Assembly: GCA_002269645.1 (NCBI GenBank) | Contig: NIVC01000042.1 | Coordinates: 585,008-649,007, forward strand | Origin: Macrostomum lignano | Taxonomy: Eukaryota | Length of the DNA stretch: 64,000 nucleotides | Direction of reading: 5' to 3' | Program-made: the position numbers and the translations under genes | The notes under the pieces: generated by a model | What the model was told of the DNA's origin: nothing | What the model saw: only the letters and a program-made list of their open reading frames with translations | Database searches by the model: none | In this document: piece after piece, positions 11,230-22,860 of the stretch | Numbering within the stretch: position 1 is the first letter of the stretch | How the letters are laid out: every line of letters starts with the position of its first letter

Positions 11230-14200
11230 TTAGCTATTACAGAATAGAGCACGGTTTGCGACGGCTGCACCAAACAATGAGCCGTCTTTTCCGTTTTCAA
11301 CATCAGCATCATCATCATCCACTAGTGCTAGTTCCTGATATTTAGAACAACAATATAGCCACTCGATCCAGCTGGTCACAGCCCTGTCCACTGACGCCAA
11401 TAAGTAGGCAGTTAACAAGCCTACATGGCCGCCGGGACCGCGGGCCTCGCGTAGACAGCGCAAGAAGATGTCTCTAGACTGAGAATTGGCCAGACAGATG
11501 GACACAGGTTCGAGCAGTAGCGGTCGCAACAGCAGAGCGCATAATAGTCTGGCAGTTCTACCGTTGCCATCGCTGAATGGATGTATGGCCAGGTACTGTT
11601 CGATAAAGCTAGCTGCCAGGTGTACAGTCTCCAACAGGCTGCTATCAGATCGAATAGCGGCACGACAATTAGCAAATAGAACGTTTAGACGATCTGAAAT
11701 CTCTTCTGGTGGAGCGTAGTAAAAGTCCGGTTCATTCGCTGGCCGAGCCGGTCTAAGGCGGTAACTTCCAGGGCTGGGCAGCAGGTCCCGGCACACGATG
11801 GAGTGCAACTGACACGCTAGGCTGGGCGTGAACTCCGACGCAATGTCGTCAACGGCGGAGTGAATGCTTCTGTCAATATCGCCGAATAGAAATATCGCTG
11901 CGTCCCATAAATTGCGCGTCACTTGATGGGTCGTCGGTAGGTTGGTCGGATTCGACGAAACCGGACAGAGGGCCTGTAGATGGGCAAATGAAAATACAAT
12001 GTCGCAGTAAATTATAAAAGCCATAGACAAAAAACATGGTAGATATGATTTTACGATACGAAACTTCCAACAATCAAACACTGGTTAAAATGCGTTGGCT
12101 AAAATCAGTAAAAGTTACTTTCTCTAGATTTGATACAGTTGTGGAATATCAAAGAGGAGCCTGAGCATTGTTCTTGACAATGATAGCGACTTCGTAGAAC
12201 GATTTAGACTGAATTAGAATACCTATGACGAGCTTGAGCACCAAATTGGTCCGTTATCGACGCATCCAACATGACACAGATGTACATTGACATCGAGTTA
12301 GCAAATTTTAACCACATTGCGCTTCTACGCTACTAATTTGTATTTGTGTTGGGGACGCTTATCGACCTTCTAAGGCCGCAAGCTGCCAAGTAGTGAAACG
12401 AGCCACCTATGCAATTAATTAAACACTATTCCAAGATACTGAAAAATGGCCAATCAACAACGTAGAGAACCCATGCAGTGGTAAACTTCAATAACATCGG
12501 TGAAGTGCCTTAGGTATGTGGCGCATTGGATGGAACATTAGTCAACATAACGTGAGGATGAGGTGCGATTTGTAGACCGAAAAGGGGAACACTCGTTGAA
12601 TCTCATGCTTGCTTTCGGACTGCAGCATCACCTCTTCTATGTGAATGCATCCTGGCCAGGATGTGTGAACGATGCACAGGTTTTTTGGAACACTATCTTG
12701 TTTGACAGCTTTCAGCGATTTCGCTATTTCCCGAGTTGCACGTTGCTAGGCAACTCGATTTATCCATGCTTGCAATGGCTGATTCCTCCTGTCTCCTGTC
12801 AGAAACAGATTAATGCAGCTCATCGTTGTACCCGTAGCACTGTGGAAAGAGCAATTGGTCACTTGAAATAGGTTAATTGGTCACTATATTCAGAACAGTC
12901 TCATCCAACACCATCTACTTACTATTGTCCACTTTCTTTATAGTTGCACTCTGCAGATTTTTCCACGTTATGCCACGAGTGTGCGGAGTCATTAGCTCAG
13001 CTCTTTGTATCCACTGCAGTGCAAAACGTTAATCTCCTGCCAAGAGGTCTTCTTCCTTCGACTGCCTTCGCTGATGTTGGAGAAGCTGTCGAATAGTATT
13101 TTCTTCCGTTCTAAAAACTCGTGCAAGAGAATTTTGCTCCTTTGATAACATATTTAACCCTGGACTGAAGTCGTCTGAATGAGTGGTTTGCTTTCCAGAC
13201 TTTGCTTGTTTCCCTTCTTTTTATCGTCTCTTGTGTGTGTATGCGAGCTGCTTGTGATGTCTCCTCTGAGTTTTCGTTATCCGATGGAATTTTCAAAAAT
13301 GGTGTTGTGACACATGGTACATGAATGACCGGATTTTACACACTGGTAATTATTGCTACTGATGTTATCGGGACTTCGTAAAGCTCGTTTTATCAAGGCA
13401 GATAATTTTGTAAAAATATCTTTATTCAGCTATCTTTAAACCTTGTTTATTCACTTTTCCTTAAATTAAAGAAGTATGCACCAGAAAGGAATATTAAACT
13501 AGCTAAATACACAATCAGTCTTTGTCTACAATCGAGAATCGATATTGACAGAGCTGTGACTCTCTCATCTCTTTCCGTCTCTTGGACTGGTCAATAGATC
13601 AAGTTTTGATGTCGGACTCTTGGACTAATCGAGTGTTGATGCGAACGTAAGTTCTGTGAACGTCTCTTAGACTGATCAAGTGTTGATGTCGGTCTCTTGG
13701 ACTGGTCAAGTGTTGATGTCGGTCTCTTGGACTGGTCAAGTGTTGATGTCGGTCTCTTGGACTGGTCAAGTGTTGATGTCGGTCTCTTGGACTGATCAAG
13801 TGTTGATGTCGGTCTCTTGGACTGATCAAGTGTTGATGTCGGTCTCTTGGACTGATCAAGTGTTGATGTCGGTCTCTTGGACTGATCAAGTGTTGATGTT
13901 GGTCTCTTGGACTGATCAAGTGTTGATGTCAGTCTCTTGGACTAATCGAGTGTTGATGCGAACGTAAGTTCTGTGAACGTCTCTTAGACTGATCAAGTGT
14001 TGATGTCGGTCTCTTGGACTGGTCAAGTGTTGATGTCGGTCTCTTGGACTGGTCAAGTGTTGATGTCGGTCTCTTGGACTGGTCAAGTGTTGATGTCGGT
14101 CTCTTGGACTGATCAAGTGTTGATGTCGGTCTCTTGGACTGATCAAGTGTTGATGTCGGTCTCTTGGACTGATCAAGTGTTGATGTCGGTCTCTTGGACT

Positions 14201-15886
14201 GATCAAGTGTTGATGTTGGTCTCTTGGACTGATCAAGTGTTGATGTCGGTCTCTTGGACTGATCAAGTGTTGATGTCGGTCTCTTGGACTGATCAAGTGT
14301 TGATGTCGGTCTCTTGGACTGATCAAGTGTTGATGTCGGTCTCTTGGACTGATCAAGTTTTGATGTCGGTCTCTTGGACTAATCGAGTGTTTATGCGAAC
14401 GTAAGTTCTGTGAACGTCTCTTGGACTGATCAAGTGTTGATTTCGGTCTCTTGGACTGATCAAGTGTTGATGTGAATCTCTTGGACTGATCAAGTGTTGA
14501 TGTGGGTCTCTTGGACTGATCAAGTGTTGATGTCGGTCTCTTGGACTGGTCAAGTGTTGATGTCGGTCTCTTGGACTGATCAAGTGTTGATGTCGGTCTC
14601 TTGGACTGATCAAGTGTTGATGTGAATCTCTTGGACTGATCAAGTGTTGATGTGAATCTCTTGGACTGATCAAGTGTTGATGTGGGTCTCTTGGACTGAC
14701 CAAGTGTTGATGTGGGTCTCTTGGACTGATCAAGTGTTGATGTGGGTCTCTTGGACTGACCAAGTGTTGATGTGGGTCTCTTGGACTGATCAAGTGTTGA
14801 TGTGGGTCTCTTGGACTGATCAAGTGTTGATGTCGGTCTCTTGGACTGATCAAGTGTTGATGTGAATCTCTTGGACTGATCAAGTGTTGATGTCGGTCTC
14901 TTGGACTGATCAAGTGTTGATGTGGGTCTCTTGGACTGATCAAGTGTTGATGCGAATCTCTTGGACTGATCAAGTGTTGATGTGGGTCTCTTGGACTGAT
15001 CAAGTGTTGATGTCGGTCTCTTGGACTGATCAAGTGTTGATGTGGGTCTCTTGGACTGATCAAGTGTTGATGTGGGTCTCTTGGACTGATCAAGTGTTGA
15101 TTTCGGTCTCTTGGACTGATCAAGTGTTGATGTGGGTCTCTTGGACTGATCAAGTGTAGGTGTCAGCCTCTTGGATTGGTTAAATGTTAATGACATTCTT
15201 GTTGATGACATGCTGCTCAGGATCAGAAGTTCTCTCATCGTGCCTCAGACGGATGACGACCCGAAAGTTGTCGTTTACAGCCACAACCACAATGGGCGAG
15301 GTGCGAGGGTTTCCGCGGGATTTGCAGTGAGGTCATCTTTCGTGTTGTTATCTTCAAATAAGTAGCTGAAAAAAAGAATGGAGAGTTTTTGCAAGCCAAA
15401 TTTCTCCCCACAAAAAATCAGCTTTGTTTTACGATTTCACATTTAAATCTATAAGGACTGTCGTTTCTGTTCACCGATATTAATGAACTGCTAATTGAAA
15501 AACTATGGTGAATATCATAGGGGAAGTAATCACATACATAGAAAGGGCTGCACAGGCTGCTTTTTTACAATAAAATATCGATAAATGTTTAATGTTTAAT
15601 GTTTAAAAGAAACAAGCACAATTAGTAACTTGATGGAGAAACAGTAATTTACCTGCTCAGATTCTTCAAAAGTCTGTGTGCCTTCCAATTCAGAAATGTT
15701 AGCATCCAAAACAAAGAAGAAGCGATTAACAAACTGAAAATCTGCCCACTCTGAATTGCTTAGGCTAAGGAGTCGCTGTTTCTGTTTGGTAACAATGGCC
15801 TCAATGTCAGGTAGCTGTTTGGAGAAGTCCTCCATAAAGGAGGGCAGAAAAAATGGCCTCTTGATCAAAGACAGTTGTTGGCACAT
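11230..15886 (-). CDS. Fic (Fido) domain protein (Fic-2), predicted two coding exons, 325 aa
   Basis: Catalytic exon 11973-11230 (acceptor CTACAG, no Met) with HPFSDGNGRTAR; upstream exon 15892-15653 (acceptor TTTTCAG, ATG at 15886, donor CAG|GTAAAT), phase 0 to phase 0, ending ..ISELEGTQTFEESEQ. Fic domain certain; the exon join is inferred. Confidence 0.8.
12280..12890 (+). pseudogene. PIF/Harbinger (HARBI1-like) transposase remnant
   Basis: VCGALDGTLVNI, RKGEHSLN, WPGCVNDA, LLGNSIYPC, NAAHRCTRSTVERAIGHLK motifs interrupted by stops and frameshifts. Confidence 0.85.
12930..13150 (-). pseudogene. Myb/SANT-like second ORF remnant of the Harbinger element
   Basis: Frameshifted ILLHEFLERKKILFDSF..KKTSWQEI, convergent with the transposase as is typical of Harbinger elements. 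Confidence 0.5.
13590..15160. repeat. 30-bp minisatellite (TGTTGATGTCGGTCTCTTGGACTGATCAAG) within the Fic-2 intron
   Basis: About 50 head-to-tail units without spacers; produces the repetitive ORFs in the track. Confidence 0.97.
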
Positions 15887-16725
15887 GTGTATCTGAAAAG
15901 AGAGCATTCAGACAACCTTATACCTTACAATGAAACAAAAAGAAAAAAGAAAATTTGTTCTAGAAAAAGCAAAAAAGGAAGTACACCTGTAACAAATCTT
16001 CAACTATTTTAGTACAATTCTATTAAATTTTGAATTTTGAAGATTATCCTTAATTGCCCTGTGAACTTTTATAGCTATACTTTTTTCAGCAAGACTACCA
16101 CCACAATTTCCACCTGCTTCTCTCTTCCTTATAAGGCTAGATATATAAGGTTTTAAAATTGACCAAATTTTGCTACCATAAGTTTGCTCATTGTGAAATT
16201 ATTGACTTACAACTTAACAACGATTTTTTAAAGTATTCTCTATTTTAATATAAAGTCTCAACTCTAACTGAATTAGGATAGAAACTATAAGCATGGGAAG
16301 TTTGTCTGCTTTTTTCTAGTATTGAGCTATACTTAAATTGATTCTAAAGGATCTGCATTGCAATAACTAGCTACTGTGATTGGGTTGGTGGTATTATCCT
16401 AGTACTTTTTAAAGAATTTAAACTTAGGGTCACGTAACTTTTTTACCTTAAGAGCCAGAATATAGTTCCTATTTATGGGCCATGTGAGAAAAAAGAAAAT
16501 AGAGAAAAAAAGAGATAAAAAATAATAAAATAAATAAATAAATAAATAATAAATAAAAGAAAAAGGAAAGTAAAGAATAAAAAATAGAAAGAAGAAACAA
16601 AAGAGGAACAAAGAAAAAAGAAAATAAACAAAAGAGAAAAAAGATAAATAAAAGAGCAAAGTAAAGAGAACAAAAGAAAAGAAATTGAATTTGCCAAAAA
16701 TATAAGTCTATTTTGCCAAAATGTT

Positions 16726-17880
16726 GGCAATTTTCCTCTTTCATTTGTTAAATTAATTTTTCATTTGAACATGAATAGTACTAACTTAAAACGACAAAAA
16801 ATGATAACAGTATATTGTGGAAACCTTTGTAGCATTTAGAAAAGCATGAAATTGAAATTGCGCCAAGGTGTGTAAGAAAGTGAAGTAACAACTGTCTTTT
16901 AGCAACTGTCTGGTTAAAACTTTGGGGATATCACTAGAAAACTAGAAGGGGGGTACGAAGAAAATAATTTACAAGTCCTCTTAAGTTTTTAGTCAGCTAC
17001 TGCTCAAAAACATACAATTATATCCAATGACATGGCTGGTCGCCCTGCAGCACCTACATTTATAGTACCCCCTAGGCAACTGTGTCCCACACTGGAGCTG
17101 TGCAACATTAATTTCACATGCACTAAGTGGTCCTGGTAGAGATATAGAGATAGACAAATCCTATTTCTTTCACCGAAAGTACCACCAAGGTGCCCACCAG
17201 CCTGGACAGTGGGTACTAGGCATGGTTGAACGTGGTGCCAGGAAGTGTGTGATGATTGCTATTCCTAATTGCACCACTGCAATGCTGCTACCTTTGATTC
17301 AACATCATGGTCTCCCTAATACACATGTGATTACTGATAGATGGCAAGTGTATGCCCAGCTCTAGAATCATGCTGTTGTCAACTACCAGCTCTTATTTGT
17401 CAATCCTCAAGACCCAACTGTGCACACAAACCTCATTGAGAGGACATGGGTGCACTAAAGGTGAAGTTCTGAGCTATGCATGGTACAAACCAGGCCTTCT
17501 TTGAGTCATATCTCGAGGAATTCATATGGCAAAAGATGTACCCACAGATCATTTTTGGCAACATACTCTTTTGGATTGTCTACTATTACCCCTTATAAAT
17601 TTGATTGCCCACTATTACCCCTTATAAACCAAACTTTAAAGTTTTGACTTTTGAACTTCATCATGTTTTCTAGTGATATCCCACAGTTTTAACCAGACAG
17701 TTGCTAAAAGACAATTGTTGCTTCACTTTCTTATACACCTTGGTGCAATTTCAATTTCATGCTTTTTTAAATGCTAGAAAGGTTTCCATGATATACTATT
17801 ATCATTTTTTATTGTTTTAAGTTAGTACTGTTTGTGTTCAAATGAAAAATTAATTTAACAAACGAAAAAGAAAAATTGCC
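16726..17880 (+). mobile_element. Merlin (IS1016/IS1595-like) DNA transposon, defective
   Basis: ~215-bp TIRs starting GGCAATTTT; TSD AAAATGTT/AAAATGTC (7 of 8 match); internal GPGRDIEIDKS..QWVLGMVER..ITDRW..HTNLIERTW from ~17129 with stops. Confidence 0.88.
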
Positions 17881-18594
17881 AAAATGTCTTATAGAATATG
17901 TCTATGGCATAATTTCATGAAACATTGTAAAAACTAGCCTATGTTAACTATGAATGAATTTTATAATATAATAAAATACAGCCTGTTTAAAAACTTTAAA
18001 ACTAGAGTTATTCTTAAAAAAAATTATATAGACTATAGAGGCCTAAGGCATTCAAAAAATTAACCTTTACACAAAATTGTGAAATCCAATAGACCCTTAT
18101 ATTTTTTCTAGGGCCTATATTTTTTATAGAGAACTTGCTAGTATTGTAGCTTAACCTAAATTAGAGGGTTTAAAAGTAGAGGCCTAAGCCTAGGCCCCTA
18201 GTCTAAAAATTACAAAGCATTAATATATATTCATTCAATATTCTAGTTAAGTCAGTGTTCCCACTCAGCAACCTTCATTTTTTGTACCAAGCTGTTCATT
18301 TTTGCACCATTATCACTCTACCTCTAAGGCTTTAATGCAGTGTGATGCCTATTGAGATATTTAAAAAACTCAAATACCTAATATCCAAGGACCTCAAACA
18401 TAATTTATCTAATTTTGGATAAGATAAAGCACTACTTGGCAAAAGATAGGTAAAAAAATAGCTACAACAGCATGGGTATCAGACTAATTTCTTTAAATCA
18501 ATACTGCAATTATAAAACATGATAGTTTCTTAAAAAAGAATCCAAAAGCACAGAAAGGGTTAAAATTTTGATGCAAATTCTCTATATTTTCAGA

Positions 18595-20271
18595 GGGAGT
18601 ACGACATCTGCTAGCAGGAAATCTGCTAGCCGAAGTTTGCTAGCGAGAAATTTGCTTGCTGAAATCTGCTAGCCGAAGTTTGCTAGCCGAAATGTGCTAG
18701 CCAAAATGTGCTAGCCGAAGTTTGCTAGCCAAAATGTGCTAGCCGAAATCTGCTAGCCGAAGTTTGCTAGCCAAAATGTGCTAGCCGAAATCTGCTAGCC
18801 GAAGTTTGCTAGCCGAAATGTGCTAGCCGAAATCTGCTAGCCGAAGTTTGCTAGCCGAAATCTGCTAGCCAAAATGTGCTAGCCAAAATCTGCTAGCCGA
18901 AGTTTGCCAGCCAAAATGTGCTAGCCGAAATGTGCTAGACGAAATCTGCTAGCCAAAGTTTGCTAGCCGAAATCCGCTAGCCGAAATCTGCTAGCCGAAA
19001 TCTGCTAGCCGAAGTTTGCTAGCAGGAATTTTGCTAGCCGAAATCTGCTAGCAGGAATTTTGCTAGCTGCCTTGCTCTTGTAGCTGTTGCATGTTATTTG
19101 CTGTGTTTTGATTCCGATTTGAGCTGCTTTGATTTGTACAAATAAATATATAACTTATATACCATATACTGCCACTACCAGCCATTAAGACTGAAAGTTG
19201 TGTGTATAGATAAGTTTAAATTTAACTACCTGAACTACAGCTGCCTGAGCTACTTGAACTATGGCCTTACAGCTGATAATGCTAAAACATTATCAAATGT
19301 CTACGAGTAAAAAAGAACAAAAAAGTATAAATGATTTTGACAATTTCCAAGTGCAGTTTTAGCATATACAACTTTAGCATACAGTAACACACATGTTGGT
19401 ATACAGTATCTATAGGCTATAGCTAGATACATGTATGTCCAAGGTACAATTTACTATAGCTATATGTATTGTTAATGTATAGATATTTTCCATCGCTTAC
19501 GGCACTGTGTCCAAGCAAAAACTCTATGCTGGTGTGGCCCACAAGCTCTTACCCTGTGATCATGGATATAATATATTTACTTTATTCAATAGTGTTAGCT
19601 CGGAGTCGATTATTGAATCACTTTCATTTGACAATCAAGCTACATGCTCTCGCAGCTTACTTTGCCTTCTTTTGTTCTTTTTTATTTATTCTTCAGCGCT
19701 GCCTTTGCTCATTACAACTCTATGGGTTTGGCCAAAGACAGCATACTGACGCACACACAAGCCGATACTAACAATATATTATATATTGCAATTTGAAGAT
19801 CACTGCTAATAAGCACAATAAAGAGAGTCATTAGAGCAAAAAACGCAAATTTATTTGTCCTGCATGATAAGTCCTGCAAAGTTTCTTGCAAAATTGGACA
19901 AGAAAAAATGTTTCTAGCAAATTACAACTTCGTAAATTGCTGTTCACCGGTTTTAGTTAGATTATCACTAGCAGATTTTGGCTAGCAAAATCCTCGCTAG
20001 CAAAATTCCTGCTAGCAAACTTCGGCTAGTAGATTTTGGCTAGCAGATTTTGGCTAGCAAACTTTGGCTAGCAGATTTCGGCTAGCACATTTCGGCTAGC
20101 AAACTTTGGCTAGCACATTTCGGCTAGCAAACTTTGGCTAGCACATTTCAGCTAGCAAACTTCGGCTAGCACATTTCGGCTAGCAAACTTCGGCTAGCAG
20201 ATTTTGGCAAGCAAATTTCTTGCTAGCAAACTTTGGCTAGCAGATTTCCTGCTAGCAAATTTCATAGACCC
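18595..20271. mobile_element. Foldback-like element, copy 1 (long arms of GCTAGC-core tandem units)
   Basis: Ends GGGAGTACG and CATAGACCC; arms ~18595-19070 and ~19965-20271 inverted; 9-bp TSD ATTTTCAGA (18586-18594 and 20272-20280). Confidence 0.9.
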
Positions 20272-21615
20272 ATTTTCAGATTCATGCCAAACCTTATTAA
20301 TTGCGCATTTGTATCATATTGCCTCATTTTTGGGCATGGTGCAAATTTGCGCTAGAGTAGAAACATTGAGCTAAGTTGTTTAGTTTTTTTAGAGGAAGAA
20401 TTTCTAAGATGCAAATTCTCTATATTTTCAGATTCGTGCCAAACCTTATTAATTGCGCATTTGCGCCATAGCCTATATTGCCTCATTTTTGGGCATGGTA
20501 CAAATTTGCACTAGAGTAGAAACATTGATTCTTGAGCTAAGTTGTTTAGTTTTTTTATAGGAAAAATTTCTAAGTTCCCAACCCAAGGCTAATATTCTAT
20601 AGCTTAGGCCTATAAATAAATTACTAATATAATAATAGGCCTAGGGCCCTAGGCCTAGGCCATAATCCCAAGTATGCACAATACATGCAATAACTTTTTG
20701 CTTTGCACTAATTAGATCAAATTCACCAAGTGTGCACCACAGGGTATGATATTGGACTGCAGAAGGCAGCTACAGAGGCTCCATGTCTGATTCCATGAAA
20801 AAGTATTTAATGAAGTATTCCATTTTTTTAACAAGGCAAGGCAACAGATAAAACTTTAAACTTATAGGGGCCTAGGCCTAGCTATCCAAAGGCAGATTTT
20901 TAAATCACAAAGATTAGGCCTAAGGCCTATATTCACCAATGGCTATATATTAATAAAAGATTAGGCCTATAACATTTTTATTTAAATTTTAAAAAGAATT
21001 GACATAGGCCTAAACCAATTTAAAAAACAACTTTTTGCTTTTAAAATAATAATAATAGGCCTAGTATATACACTACACTATAGTATATTATTAGTAGGCC
21101 TATATGAATACAATAAGACGATAATTTTTTGACTTTACTTTTTTATAATTATTTTTTATCTGCAAGCAGATGAAAAGCCTCAGAATTCTAACATATTTAT
21201 TAAACTGTCAACATCCTTTTCTTAAAGAGAAACTTTCCAAAGAGCATATTCCAGCAATAGTTTACTTGAATTAACTACAGTCTTTACTTCATTAGGCTTA
21301 TACAGTACATAAATATATGTTCAGAGAGTTGAGAATTATCGTTTTCTTAACGCACGTCTGACGTCCGTCGTCTTATACTCTGGCTTGATTATGTCAATCC
21401 AATTATTGGGTATGCGGTATGCGTCATAATTGAAGTAATGTAAAACTTCATTAATATTTTACCCGTAACTTTTAAACAAATTAACTGCATTTTTCAACTT
21501 TTGAATAAAACTAACGAATTTCTTATATTTTTTTCAATGTTGTTTGTTAAGGTTTTTAACTTACTGTACAAAGTCAAAAACTGTAATTCTACGAATCTGA
21601 CGGTTTCTCTTGCAG

Positions 21616-22860
21616 CCCTATTGGAATAAGTTTTCAGACACTGTGGACAGTGCATCTAGTGCGCCATGGCAATCATAAAGTGGCCTGGACGGTGCGTCAT
21701 GACAATCTTCAAATCCTAAGGTGGTATGGACGATGTGTCATTCAAATCTTCAAATCCTAGGGTGCCATAGCACTCTAGGTTTAGGTGATATTGTGCATGA
21801 CTCCAGTCTCTATCATGTTCATTCTGATGATGCATCACTCGTTTTTGAGAGATTTAAAGAGATTGAGAGAAAGTTGTGTGTTTTACCGCACTTGTGTTTT
21901 ACTGCACTCTGTTCTGTACTGTACTTCTGCCCCCTTCTGTTGTAGTTGTATCTATTTCTTAATTCTTAGTCTACTCGTCTTTTGACTTACAAAGTTACAT
22001 TGTTGGTCTATTCAAAGAAAAATAAATAATGTAAATAGTGTGGCAATTGCATCAGTGAGTACTTAAAATAATTACGAACACTGAAACCCTTTACTTCAAT
22101 TTGGCTAATCGGTTAATACAAAATGAAGAAACTCCGTGATGAACAACACAGAGTTCACGAACAAACAAAATTGTCTTTGCCTTATCCACACACTTTTTCA
22201 GTAGTAGTTGTAGCACTTTGGCTCGGGTCGGGTTATCAAATCTGATAACTATTTAGCATGGTGTTTCGAAGAATATTTTCACATTTAAATGTCAGCATAA
22301 ATAAATGTACGCGCAACCAATCAAAAAGATAATTAAACAAAGCAGAAAATTTGTTGAGACTTTTAATAGAAATTAGTTTACTTTTCTATTTCTTGCAACT
22401 GCGTTATAAGAGAACATTAAGAGCAATTAGCATTTGGCACTATGTTATAATGTTTATGAGGCAATAAAGAACATTTCTGCTGCGATCTTTCAACTACAAT
22501 TTCCAATTTTACGATTAACTTGCATGCATATTCTAGATGACACAGCAATCAATACATATGATAGGAGATATGCTATACTATAGCCCATAGCAATATTATC
22601 AAAGTTATAGAAATTAGAAAAACAAGTTTTACTTACAGTTTGCTGAATTTCCACCGTGCTGCTGACTTTCTCCTGTGCATGCTTCTCATCCTTGTCCAGC
22701 AGCGCTGTATGTAGCGCGTGATGTCCTCCTTGCATCTTACCTGTGAGCTGCTGTGCGTCATGGCGCATGGCGCGCGTAGCGCGCCATGCGCCATGACTAT
22801 GAGGAAAAAGAAAAAGTGCGCCGGACGCCGTCCGCGAAAATACCACTTATTCCAATAGGG
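21616..22860. mobile_element. Non-autonomous TIR DNA transposon with 8-bp TSD (hAT/P-like)
   Basis: 16-bp perfect TIR CCCTATTGGAATAAGT; TSD TCTTGCAG (21608-21615 and 22861-22868). Confidence 0.85.

Noticed and set aside
11974-12081. TTG-started N-terminus of the 283-aa Fic ORF
   Set aside because: AT-rich and ends in a polypyrimidine tract plus CAG; this is intron sequence
8991-13300. Fic genes as cargo of the Harbinger element, or as bacterial contamination
   Set aside because: No enclosing TIR or TSD was found, the Harbinger remnant lies inside the Fic-2 intron, and both genes have spliceosomal signals and sit between eukaryotic genes
13590-15238. CRISPR-like 30-bp repeats and long repetitive ORFs (440 aa, 266 aa)
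   Set aside because: Units are head-to-tail without unique spacers, there are no cas genes and the context is eukaryotic; a unit length divisible by 3 explains the open frames
8991-15886. Assigning the symbol FICD
   Set aside because: No TM helix or TPRs, and low similarity outside the core motifs
16399-16744. Phe/Leu-rich apparent membrane-protein ORFs (also 45467-45676)
   Set aside because: Reverse complement of A-rich low-complexity DNA
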